Shown here: one piece after another, positions 46,929-57,600 of the stretch
Layout: each line of letters begins with the position of its first letter
How positions within the stretch are numbered: the stretch's first letter is position 1
Source: a virus
Lineage: Duplodnaviria > Heunggongvirae > Uroviricota > Caudoviricetes
DNA: 64,000 nt
Direction: 5' to 3' (one strand)
IMG/VR virus record: IMGVR_UViG_3300044950_000141
Coordinates: 1,670 to 65,669 of that record
Made by a program: the position numbers and the translations under genes
The notes under the pieces: generated by a model
Databases searched by the model: none
The model's input: the letters and a program-made list of their open reading frames with translations, nothing else
What the model was told of the DNA's origin: nothing

Positions 46929-47665
46929 TGGCTACATTACGTAAAATGGTTTCAGACGTTCGTGCAATGCACAAACTACTAACAACAGATAACCTTATCA
47001 CTGATAGGGTTGTTGCGTCTGAGATTAAGAACAATACATTTTTATTGGTAAAGAGGGAAACAAACCTTAGAAAGCTTTGGGCTACTGATACAGTATTCCA
47101 GACGCTTCCTTGTTTAAGTATGATAGAGGTTCCCATCTCTGATTGCTGTGAATATGTAGATCCTTGCAATGTAGCAAGAAGCCAATATAAACTTCCTCGC
47201 ATCAGTGAAGGAAACTATCAATATCTTATCCAAGGTGTTTATTCTATCAACGCTATGGGTGGTAAAGGAAGAAGATTTAAAGAGATCACAATTAACAGAT
47301 ACTTAAATTTATTAAAGCTACCTATCATTAAGAAAGAGCAATACTACTGGATAGCAAATGGTGGATATTTATATGTTAATAATCCTAGTTTACAATCAGT
47401 AAGAATTGCTGCATTCTTTGAAGAAGATATTCCTAATGATATATTATATCCATCAGACTGTGCATGTGGTCCCACTCCTCCAGTAAGTAATGAAGATTAC
47501 TGTATGAATCCTTTAGATAAAGAGTTTGGATGTCCTGGTTATTTAGAGAAACAAGTATTAGAGTTAACATCTCAAAAACTATTATCTACTTACTTTAGCA
47601 TTAAAACAGACATGACATTCGATGGTATAGATGGTCAAGCTCCTAATGCTAAACCAACTAGTTAA
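46928..47665 (+). CDS. hypothetical virion/tail protein (245 aa)
   Basis: ORF track; TAATG overlap. Confidence 0.45.
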   Translation: MATLRKMVSDVRAMHKLLTTDNLITDRVVASEIKNNTFLLVKRETNLRKLWATDTVFQTLPCLSMIEVPISDCCEYVDPCNVARSQYKLPRISEGNYQYLIQGVYSINAMGGKGRRFKEITINRYLNLLKLPIIKKEQYYWIANGGYLYVNNPSLQSVRIAAFFEEDIPNDILYPSDCACGPTPPVSNEDYCMNPLDKEFGCPGYLEKQVLELTSQKLLSTYFSIKTDMTFDGIDGQAPNAKPTS

Positions 47666-48141
47666 TGCGAACCAAGATTGATTGGAGAAGCTCCAGTAAA
47701 GAAAACTACAATAACTTCTGCAAAAAAACCCCCACTGTAAAAATTACATTTGATCAGTGGAAAAACATTATATATCAATATAATGAACATTTCAAAAACT
47801 ACATTCTAGAAACAGGAGAAAAAGCAAGACTTCCTTTTGGCTTTGGTGAGTTCTCTATCAATAAAAAGAAGAGAAAGAAAATGAAAACAGTTGATGGTAA
47901 AGAGATGGTTAACTTACCAGTTGATTGGAAAAGAAGCAAAGAAAAAGGTAAGATCATCTACAACTTCAACTACCATACAGAAGGTTACTTCTTTGGTTGG
48001 ATGTGGTTTAAGGAATCTACTAGAATTAGAAATATAAATCTTTGGTATTTCAAGCCCTCTCGTACAACTTCTAGATTGTTGTCCCATTACATAAACACAG
48101 ACGAAAAATACCAGCACCTTTACAGGGAATGGAAAAATTAA
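47665..48141 (+). CDS. hypothetical basic protein (158 aa)
   Basis: ORF track. Confidence 0.45.
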   Translation: MRTKIDWRSSSKENYNNFCKKTPTVKITFDQWKNIIYQYNEHFKNYILETGEKARLPFGFGEFSINKKKRKKMKTVDGKEMVNLPVDWKRSKEKGKIIYNFNYHTEGYFFGWMWFKESTRIRNINLWYFKPSRTTSRLLSHYINTDEKYQHLYREWKN

Positions 48142-48147
48142 AACAAT

Positions 48148-49104
48148 ATGGCATATTATTACAAATACAACTTTGTCTCTCCTGAGCCAATCTACTCTAT
48201 TGTTAAAGAAGAATTAAAATCTTATTTTGACACAGGAGCTGTTGATGATTTGATGTTCCCAACTTATTTAGACAAGTGTCTACAAAAGATGGGTAGGTCA
48301 AGTTATGTCATTGCTGAACAAACATTAGATATCTCTGGATATGAAGCTAGACTTCCTGACAACTTCTTTGCTGTTAGAGAAGCTTGGATGTGTACAGAGA
48401 TGCCTCAACGTCCATATCAAACAGCTAACTCATTCTATGCTCAGGCTGCTTCTCAGACCACTATTCAAGTCTCTCCTGTAATTAGTGGTGGAGTTCCTTG
48501 CGTAGAGCCTAATTGTACAACAGGATGTCCTACGTGTATGCCTGATATCATCCAAGCTGTATATAAAACCAATCAACAGGTAGCTAGAGGTATAAGAAAA
48601 GAATATCTATTAAAACCAGGTAATATATCTTGTCAAGGTAAGTGTGATGTAAGTTATACAGATGCTTGGCAATTCTATTCAAGTGCTCCTCCTGTGAAAG
48701 AGTTTACTCCAGGAAGTGCTGGTTATGATAGCTTTGATATTAGAGACAATAAGTTTGTCACTAACTTTAGCTGTGCTATAGTTCACATGATATTTTATGC
48801 TACAGACTATGATGCTATAGGTAATCAATTGATTCCTGATAACTATCGTGTAAGAGAATATATAGAAGCGTTCCTTAAATATAAAGTTTTTGAAACCTTG
48901 TCTAATCAAATTAATGATGAGACATTCAATCAAATACAAGCTAAGTTAGCTTACTATAAGCAACTTTCAGAAGAAGCCTTTATCATGGCTTACATTGAGA
49001 TTAAGAAGCAAGATCCATGGACAAAGCAAAGAAGAGTAAGAAATGACTTACAACGTTTTGCACAATATGAATTACCAAACAGAAGCTCAAGATATGGCAG
49101 ATAA
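48148..49104 (+). CDS. hypothetical Cys-rich tail protein (318 aa)
   Basis: ORF track; CVEPNCTTGCPTCMP. Confidence 0.45.
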   Translation: MAYYYKYNFVSPEPIYSIVKEELKSYFDTGAVDDLMFPTYLDKCLQKMGRSSYVIAEQTLDISGYEARLPDNFFAVREAWMCTEMPQRPYQTANSFYAQAASQTTIQVSPVISGGVPCVEPNCTTGCPTCMPDIIQAVYKTNQQVARGIRKEYLLKPGNISCQGKCDVSYTDAWQFYSSAPPVKEFTPGSAGYDSFDIRDNKFVTNFSCAIVHMIFYATDYDAIGNQLIPDNYRVREYIEAFLKYKVFETLSNQINDETFNQIQAKLAYYKQLSEEAFIMAYIEIKKQDPWTKQRRVRNDLQRFAQYELPNRSSRYGR

Positions 49105-52100
49105 CCAAGAAGGACCATCTAACATAAAACAAGAATTTAATCTTGGAAGAATTGGACTAGATATGGACTCTTCTGTAAATCAAGTACAGAAGGGTAAACT
49201 TTCCTATGCCCTAAACGCAGCATTAGAAAACTTTGATGCTAACTCTGTAAACTATCAAAACGAGCCTGGTAATGAAGCTTGTCTAGAGTTTCCTGAAGGC
49301 TATCATCTTATTGGAACACATTTTATACAAGAGAAAAACAAACACATATTCTTCTTAGCCAATCCTGAAACAGGAGGAAGTGAGATAGGATATATGGAAA
49401 ACAATGATTGTGTATATCGTACATTGTGTACTCCAATCCCTGATACAGACTTAACTGTTTGTGCAAATTCAACTTGTTTGAATTTTAACATTGACTATCC
49501 TATCCATAAAGCTGTACATAAAATTACAAACTGTACTACAGAAGTTTATTGGACAGATGGTCTTAATCCAAGAAGATATATTAACATTGATCAAGTTCCA
49601 TATATCACTGCATATCTTAGTGATCAAAACTGTGATCCACAAATTACTCCTGTTCTTGATTGTAATAAGTTAAAAGTACAACCTAACTTCAGCATTCCTA
49701 GCTTGGACATTATTGATATTGTTGTAGGTGGGGATATCCAAGCTGGTACCTATCAGTTTGCTATTCAATATTGTAATGCTTCAGGTGATGCGTATACGTC
49801 CTACTACTCTATTACTAATCCTACATCAATTGCAAACACAGAAATAACAACTCCTGACTTTCAATATTCTGTAGGAAAATCTATTGTAATAAACATAAAT
49901 AATATAGATATTACAGGATACTTCCAGTATTTTAATATAGCTATTATTAAAACTATAAATGGTGGTACATCTGTAGAACTTATGGGTACTTATAATATCC
50001 AAGATAAAGACAGAACAATCACTTATACAGGTCAAGCTTTAACTAATATTCCTTTAAGTCTTGCTGATATACTTGAGAAGTTTCCTTACTATGAAATTGC
50101 TCAAGACCTTACAAACGTACAAGATGTCATAGTTTGGGACAATCTTACTTCTATTGATAGGATTAACTATCAAAGCATTGCTAGTCAAATTCAACTTCAA
50201 TGGGAGACATATAAGTTACCAGCTAACAATACATATGCTGATGGTTTCTACACTGCTAATCTTAGAGGATATTTAAGAGATGAGGTGTATGCCTTTGAGA
50301 TTGTGTTCTTGTTAGATAATGGTAAACAAACAGATGGTTTCCATATCCCTGGTAGATCAGCACTTTCTACTGATTTAACTCCTGTGTATAATACTAATGC
50401 TGACTTTATTGGAGAAGGAACTGTAGCTCCTTATTGGAAAATATATAATACAGGTAGTGTATTAATTACATATCCTGTTCCTGTAGGAGATGCTGGTAAA
50501 ATAGGAGAAGCCTACCCATATCAATCTGGAGACTTTTCTTATTGGGAATCTACAGATACATATCCTTGTAATGTAGATGTATGGGGAGATCTTGCTGGTG
50601 AACCAATTAGACATCATAAATTTCCTGATGTATTAGTATCTCCTTATTTTGAGACTCCCCCTATTACATATGTTGGAGGTCAAATAGAACCAGTGATGCA
50701 ATCATCTAACGCTATTTATCCAATAGGTGTAAAGATAGATGTACAACAAGTAGGATTTCTTATTCAATCTTCTAGCTTAACAGATGCTGAGAAAGATGCT
50801 ATTGTTGGATTTAAAATAGTTAGAGGTAATAGATCTACAAATAAATCTATTATTGCTAAAGGTATATTAAGAAATGTAGGTAAATATAAAAGAGAAGAAA
50901 CAGAATACTACTATCCTAACTATCCATATAATGATCTTGCTAAAGATCCATTCTTACTTCAGGATAGTAATGCATATATGTCTCAATGTGACACATACAA
51001 AGTTACAGCTACTGTTAATGGTGCTTTACAATATACAAACTGTAATACAGGAGAAGTAACTAGTCTTGACTTTACTACAGCAACCACTGAAGTGTGTTCT
51101 CTTACGCTTCCTGTTGTAAATACTGGTGCTGCTACATTTCAAAATGTTACACCTGAAACTTTTATAATAAGTGTACAAGTACGTCTAGGTTTTCCATCTG
51201 CTACTTTTAGTTATCAAAATCCTGTTACATTAGTTACAGAATTTATAGTTGTAGACAGAAACACTTCAGCAACAGTTAATTCAATTGGTACTCCTGTGTT
51301 TGTATCAGGTTGTGATAAATTTACAATAGTTTCAGGAAGTAGTGTAAACATGAATTGTTTTCCTGAACAACTAGATGGATTTAATAATGCTCAATCTCCA
51401 TATAGACAAGTATTTAATTCACCAGAAACTTCTTTTGGACAACCTACATTAGGATCTGTTCTTAAGCTAGAGAGTGTATTATTTGGAGCTGGTAGAGCTC
51501 ACTTTGTTCAAGTGAAGAAACATTCAATGTATAGACTTCTTACTATACAAGCACAAATAGATGCATTGAACTCTAGTAAAAAGATTGCTGATCTAGGTGG
51601 ATTTAGTGCCACAGCAATGTTTACAGCATACCAAACTTATTTACAGATATATGTAAATGGTGCTACTAGAAGAAACTTTGCATATTCTTTTAACTCTATA
51701 TCTAGCTATGACTATAATGCAGATATTCAAAACAATCAAGGAATTAAACAAAGGGAGCTTGATAGATATCAATACGTATTCCCTGGTGTACAGAATGTAG
51801 GAGATGATCTTGATCTTAATAACTGGAACAGAGAATCATCTGTTTACATTAAAAGTATTGAAAATAGAAATGGTGCATTTGTAGCACCTTTACCATACCC
51901 TAACCAAACCAACTCTCTTGTCGTAGCAGGAACAAGTCAAATTAGTGATAACTCAAGATTTACACTTTCACAAAGAGGACATTGTGGAACTCCTGAGTTT
52001 CAAGAACCTATAAAGGTTGTTTCATATTATGGTTCTATAAAGACAATTAACAATGGTCAATGGGGACAGATATATTCATATCAAACTATTGATACAGGAT

Positions 52101-53794
52101 TCCAAAGAATATTTGCAGCATTGCCTGCTAATGATTCTGAGGTAGTATTTGGTGGAGATACATTTATTGGTAAGTTTGGATTTAAAACTAAACTACCATT
52201 CTTTATTGATAATAGAGTGGGAGCTCCAGATGATTCTGATATATTTTATGATGAGATAGGTAATGTAGCATACCCACAATATTGGTATTCTGCTAGATCT
52301 GTATTGTATGACTATTATGTAGGTGGTACTTTGATGAAGAATATTATATCAGTAAAAGCTCATTATCTAGACTGTCCTAATGATACTAAAGTAGATGATC
52401 CTAATACTACTACCACTACAAGTTCTACAACACCTGCTCCAGGTACTACACAACTTGGTAACCAAAACTATGTATATGATGGTAAGATGTATACATTTGC
52501 TTATGGTGTTCCTTACTACTATGTAGAAACTTCTATCAATATAGACTTACGTCAAGCCTTTAATAACTTAGAAGGTGACTTCTACCCACACGTGAGCTCA
52601 GGTATCCCTGATACTTGGTTCCAAGAATCAGTGGTGCCTATTACATTTGATAATACATACTATTATAATACAACATTCTCTAAGCAAAATACAGAGAACT
52701 TTTTCTCTCATTTGCCTTCAGATTGGAAACAACAATTATGTTATACATACTTTCCATTCAGAGCAATATACTCTGATAGACAAGAAAGTTATTCTGATAA
52801 CAGAATAAATAGCTGGTTGATATATCGTCCAATAAGTTTCTTTGACTTCCCTCAAAACTATGGCAATCTAATATCTTTAGATGGTATTCAAAATAGAGCT
52901 ACATTAGCTAGATTTGAGAACAAGACATTGTTATATGGTAACATGTTAACAATGGATACAAGCAATCCTCAAGCAGCTTATTTAGGTAATCCTTCATTGT
53001 TTAGTAGTATTAATCCACCTCCTGTAGATTATGCTGAAACAGATCTTGGATATGTAGGATCTCAGAATAAGTTTTTACTTAAGATACCTCAAGGACAAAT
53101 AACTGTAGATGCTAAGAGAGGTCAGATATTCTTAATAACTGGTACCCAAGCAACTGACATATCTGGATATGGTTCTGGTCTTAACAGATTCTTTACAGAC
53201 CATTTGTCATTTGAGATATTGAGATACTATCCTACTGTTGATATAGATAATCATTTTAAAAACATTGGTCTTCATGGTGTGTATGATAGTAAGTATGATA
53301 GAGTGATTATTACTAAGTTAGACTATATCCCTCAACCAGATAAGAACATATTCTATGATGAGTTGACTAAAGAGTTTTATATAAATCAACCTGTAGCTGG
53401 AAACACTTCAGTTAAAAGGTATGTTGAAATAACAGATTTAAACTATTTCTGTAATAAATCATGGACAGTATCCTTTAACTTCAATACTAAGAGTTGGGTG
53501 AGCTTTCATACTTACATACCTAACTTCTATATAGGAGAAAACAACTTCTTCTATTCAGGATTAAATGAAGGTTGTGATATCACAGCAGTGGCTGTAACAG
53601 AGATTCCTTCTCCTACCACTACAACCACAACAACAGTAATATACTACTGTAACTTATCTGGTACAGCAGTGGTAACAGATTCTCCTTGTATATTACAAGG
53701 AACAGCAGCTTGTACAGATTGTACAACTACTACAACAACTACTAGTAGTACAACTAGTACCACTAGTACAACAACTACTTTAACACCACCTTGA
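49043..53794 (+). CDS. very large virion/tail protein (1583 aa; likely true start ATG 49094 MADNQEGPSN) with poly-Thr linkers
   Basis: ORF track. Poly-T segments PNTTTTTSSTTPAPGTT and C-terminal TTTTTTVIYY...CTTTTTTTSSTTSTTSTTTTLTPP. Size class of tail hub/muzzle-type proteins. Confidence 0.6.
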   Translation: MTYNVLHNMNYQTEAQDMADNQEGPSNIKQEFNLGRIGLDMDSSVNQVQKGKLSYALNAALENFDANSVNYQNEPGNEACLEFPEGYHLIGTHFIQEKNKHIFFLANPETGGSEIGYMENNDCVYRTLCTPIPDTDLTVCANSTCLNFNIDYPIHKAVHKITNCTTEVYWTDGLNPRRYINIDQVPYITAYLSDQNCDPQITPVLDCNKLKVQPNFSIPSLDIIDIVVGGDIQAGTYQFAIQYCNASGDAYTSYYSITNPTSIANTEITTPDFQYSVGKSIVININNIDITGYFQYFNIAIIKTINGGTSVELMGTYNIQDKDRTITYTGQALTNIPLSLADILEKFPYYEIAQDLTNVQDVIVWDNLTSIDRINYQSIASQIQLQWETYKLPANNTYADGFYTANLRGYLRDEVYAFEIVFLLDNGKQTDGFHIPGRSALSTDLTPVYNTNADFIGEGTVAPYWKIYNTGSVLITYPVPVGDAGKIGEAYPYQSGDFSYWESTDTYPCNVDVWGDLAGEPIRHHKFPDVLVSPYFETPPITYVGGQIEPVMQSSNAIYPIGVKIDVQQVGFLIQSSSLTDAEKDAIVGFKIVRGNRSTNKSIIAKGILRNVGKYKREETEYYYPNYPYNDLAKDPFLLQDSNAYMSQCDTYKVTATVNGALQYTNCNTGEVTSLDFTTATTEVCSLTLPVVNTGAATFQNVTPETFIISVQVRLGFPSATFSYQNPVTLVTEFIVVDRNTSATVNSIGTPVFVSGCDKFTIVSGSSVNMNCFPEQLDGFNNAQSPYRQVFNSPETSFGQPTLGSVLKLESVLFGAGRAHFVQVKKHSMYRLLTIQAQIDALNSSKKIADLGGFSATAMFTAYQTYLQIYVNGATRRNFAYSFNSISSYDYNADIQNNQGIKQRELDRYQYVFPGVQNVGDDLDLNNWNRESSVYIKSIENRNGAFVAPLPYPNQTNSLVVAGTSQISDNSRFTLSQRGHCGTPEFQEPIKVVSYYGSIKTINNGQWGQIYSYQTIDTGFQRIFAALPANDSEVVFGGDTFIGKFGFKTKLPFFIDNRVGAPDDSDIFYDEIGNVAYPQYWYSARSVLYDYYVGGTLMKNIISVKAHYLDCPNDTKVDDPNTTTTTSSTTPAPGTTQLGNQNYVYDGKMYTFAYGVPYYYVETSINIDLRQAFNNLEGDFYPHVSSGIPDTWFQESVVPITFDNTYYYNTTFSKQNTENFFSHLPSDWKQQLCYTYFPFRAIYSDRQESYSDNRINSWLIYRPISFFDFPQNYGNLISLDGIQNRATLARFENKTLLYGNMLTMDTSNPQAAYLGNPSLFSSINPPPVDYAETDLGYVGSQNKFLLKIPQGQITVDAKRGQIFLITGTQATDISGYGSGLNRFFTDHLSFEILRYYPTVDIDNHFKNIGLHGVYDSKYDRVIITKLDYIPQPDKNIFYDELTKEFYINQPVAGNTSVKRYVEITDLNYFCNKSWTVSFNFNTKSWVSFHTYIPNFYIGENNFFYSGLNEGCDITAVAVTEIPSPTTTTTTTVIYYCNLSGTAVVTDSPCILQGTAACTDCTTTTTTTSSTTSTTSTTTTLTPP

Positions 53795-53828
53795 TAATGT
53801 ATATTAGTTAAAAACAATATGTAAAAGA

Positions 53829-54695
53829 ATGTCTAAAACAGTAATAATAAGATTAACATGCTCAGGTGGCAGAACAGGACCCTTTGATATCACTGATAAC
53901 TTAGGGACAGTCTTGGGCACTGACATTACTAAGCAAAATCTAATTGATGGGTATACTGTCAGTGTAGATGATGCTGTTACTAAGATTATTATAACATCTG
54001 TGGGTAAGTGTCATACAGTTTTAGAAGTTACAATTGGTACTGCTACTATAGAAGACCTTGCTGCATTAAGATACAATGTATGTAATACAGCGTCTATGTG
54101 GAGACACTTAACAAGCGTAGTGCACTATAACAAATACTATGATAATGTAGAACCTTATATCATTGAGTATCCATTCTCTTATCAGAGCTATGATGAGATA
54201 CTTCAGAATGTAAAAGACTATAGTAAGGTATATAACTACCTACCTATTCTAGATGGTGTGTTTAATGACAATGCTCAGATAGCTGTTGATAATCAATGGT
54301 TTAACAAAGCTGTATTATACAATAGCCAACAGTCCACAGGTATGTTAGAGTTAGTACCTAAGCCAATGCATAACTTAAGACAATACTTAACCTACCCAAT
54401 CTATAATACTGAAAGCAAAACTATCACTTATACTAAGTCAGATAATTTCTATCAATATAATACTTTCTGGGGGTTAGTTAAAAATAAAGCATTACCTTTG
54501 TTTACAACAAGTTGTGAGTCTTTATCAATAGATAAGGTTGTAAATCAAGTGAATATGGATTATGGAAAAAGATCATTTAAGAAAGAACCATTAAGAGCTA
54601 AAGACTTAAAGGTTAGACATATCCTTGATAACAGTTCTATAGCTCACATTGTTTCTCAATTCATTATTACACCTGCTCAAATCTCTTATAAGTAA
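53829..54695 (+). CDS. hypothetical virion protein (288 aa)
   Basis: ORF track. Confidence 0.45.
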   Translation: MSKTVIIRLTCSGGRTGPFDITDNLGTVLGTDITKQNLIDGYTVSVDDAVTKIIITSVGKCHTVLEVTIGTATIEDLAALRYNVCNTASMWRHLTSVVHYNKYYDNVEPYIIEYPFSYQSYDEILQNVKDYSKVYNYLPILDGVFNDNAQIAVDNQWFNKAVLYNSQQSTGMLELVPKPMHNLRQYLTYPIYNTESKTITYTKSDNFYQYNTFWGLVKNKALPLFTTSCESLSIDKVVNQVNMDYGKRSFKKEPLRAKDLKVRHILDNSSIAHIVSQFIITPAQISYK

Positions 54696-57600
54696 TGGCA
54701 AACTGGTTAGACAAATATGAACAAGGAGGAATGGTCTTAAAGAAAAAGACTAAGGATAACTATGGGAAGAGACCTAACCCTAATGATGTCCAAGCATCTG
54801 TAGGTCCTGACTTTGTAGGTCTTGGATATAATACCAAGGGTAGAGACTACTCTCCTGCATGGGGTGGACAGTTTCAGGATGGTGGTAAGTTGACTCTTCC
54901 TGAAGCAATTGTATATGGACATAAAGATCCTAGTACTAAAGCTTATTTTGATAAAGTTAGAACAGATGCAGAAAAATGGCAAGATGAATATTATTGGAAT
55001 ACCCCAACAGCTGGTTATAATGCATTAGAACAAATGCATAGTAAATATGGAGCTCCTAAAATAAATACAATTAGAGAAAAGGATACAGCTTGGTATAACC
55101 CTATCACTGATTCTATGAATATTTCTATTCCAAAATATGGTGATGAATATGGTAACCCAGTAGAAGATCTATTTTTACATGAATTAGCTCATAAAGTTCA
55201 AGCAAATAAAAAAGGAAATGTAGGTTTTGTAAAAGATTTTGTTGGTAAAGATTTAATAAATACTTTAAAGAATGTAGATTCAAGTGATATGTTTACTAAA
55301 AAGGGATGGTTAGATGCATACGGAAAAAATTATAATACTCCAGGCACTGTAGAAAATGAAGCACATTCAGTTATTGCACCTAAATTAGAAGAGGAATATA
55401 GAGATATACGTAGTAAACAATATGATAGACTTTATGGTGATATGGCTATGGGTGGTGCACTACCAGGTGCTGTAGGATTTACATACGCACGTACACAAGA
55501 CCCTGCTCCTGATAATGGTAAGTATGCTAAGAAGACAAAAGCAAGTGCTCAGAATGGCTCTGTAATCAAAGATGATAGAGGTCAGTTAGCATACCCAGGT
55601 GAGATAACAGAGATAGGTTCTAATGACATCACTATGCAGGGAGTTGACTATCCTGTACTTGGTGTATCTGATACAGGTGATACACAGATGATGTATCCTG
55701 ATCAAGATTATAAGTTTGATGGTGAGAAGGTTACAGAATTTCCTATGGCTCAAAATGGAAGAAATATTCCTACAACAGCAGATAGTACTCGTTTATATAA
55801 TTCCCAAATGGCTCTTAATAAGTTTTATGAAAATGAAATGAAAGCTGGTAGGCTTAAGATGAATAATATAGCAACTATTTTTGATTTTAATAATTATAGT
55901 GGATTAGATAAGGATTTAAGAAAAGAAAACTTAGATTTTTATCGTAATCAAATACTACGTAGATCAAATAAATTATATACATTTGATGATTTATATAAAA
56001 AGATTTTTAATCTATCCCCTGAACAAGTTAGTAAACTAGAAAATAAAGGTCTTGGTCAAACTAAAGGTAGTTCTGAATATCAAGATTATTATAGAGATCT
56101 TATAACTCCAATGCAAAACTTAGCGTCTCCATTTGCATTAATTGATAAACGTATAGCTCCACAAAGAAGGATTTCTTATAGTCCTAAAAGTTCAGATTAT
56201 CCAGGAGGAGAGGTATCAGTGTATGACTATGATCCTATATTAATAAAACCAGTGAATATGCTTACTCCAGAGGAGAGAGCACTTAGAATTAAAAAATATG
56301 GAAAAGATAGTGGCATAAAAGAAACAGTTTCAAAACCTATACAGAAACCAGTTTCAAAGCCTATACCAAAATCTGAACCAAAATCTGAACCAGCTCCAGT
56401 AGTTGCACAACAAGCTACTCCTGAAAAACCAACTCATCAACCAAAATCTTTATATGAATATGAAGGAGAGCAAGTTATGGCTCCTGTTCCTAGTGGTGGT
56501 GGTGCTGCAATGGTGGGAGTTAGAAAGAAAGATGGTACAATAGAATATATTAAACCAGAGGATTACCAAAGAATGAGTGTTCCTAAATATGGTCAAGACT
56601 ATATTAAGAGCAAACAAAAAATGCAAGGTGGTGGTTGGTTAGATAAGTATCCTGAACCAATGCGTCAAGATGCTACAAGAGTAGCTCCTCCTGTATTAAA
56701 ACTTACAGACGAAGAGAAGTTAGCAAACGTAGCAAAGTCTGACCAAGCTCAGAAGAGAGCATTGAATACTGCTAAAGAAGTTATATCAGAAAGACAAAAG
56801 AACAAAGCTACAAAAGGAGATTTAAACACTCCTGGATCTTGGAAGGTAGAAGAGAAAGCTAGATTGTTTCCTAGTAGTGTAGGCGGAGTTGGTGAAATGG
56901 TTGATGAGTATATTAACCCAGCTACATATGTAGGTGTCTTAGCAGATGCTCTAGGAGAATCAGTTGCAGCAAGAGACCCAAAAGGTATTGCTACATCATT
57001 AGGACTTTCTGCTATAGGAGGTGGATTAGGACTTGATCCTCTTGGTGGTGGTATTAAAGCTGTTAAAACTTTGACTAAACAATTACCAAATGCAGCTAAA
57101 TATACTTTAGGTAGTATGTACAAAACTTATAATGAAAATATATATCCTATTTTAAATAAAGAAAAACTAGCACCTTATGCTGATAAAATAGCTAAGCTAA
57201 ATGAAATGAATGCTGCTACAAAAGAGTCTTTAAAATCAGGAGAGTTAAGAAAAAGATTAATTAATCAAGGACTAACTGAAGAAGAAGTTTCAAATATGAA
57301 AGTTCCTAATTTAGCTTTCTTTGCAGATAATAAAAGTCCTGGAACCTCTTATAGCAGATATCAAGATGCTAATAAGTCACTTAAACTAGAGGGAATTAAT
57401 ATTAATTTTGACCAATTAAATCGTTTAAAAGATAATGGCATTTCACTAGAAGCAGCTTATGAACATGAAGTAGGACATTTTTTACAAAGACCTTTAGCTG
57501 ATAAAAACCCTTTAAATGATTTAAACAAATATAATGAGTTATTAAAAAATTATAAAAAAGATGTAAGAATTTATAAAAAAGAAGGTAAGAACTTATCTAA

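Noticed and set aside
49043-49104. 62-nt overlap between 48148..49104 and the 1583-aa ORF as a possible programmed frameshift
   Set aside because: An internal ATG at 49094 (MADNQEGPSN) gives the common ATGGCAGATAA start/stop overlap, and no slippery heptamer was noticed. Translational coupling is more parsimonious.
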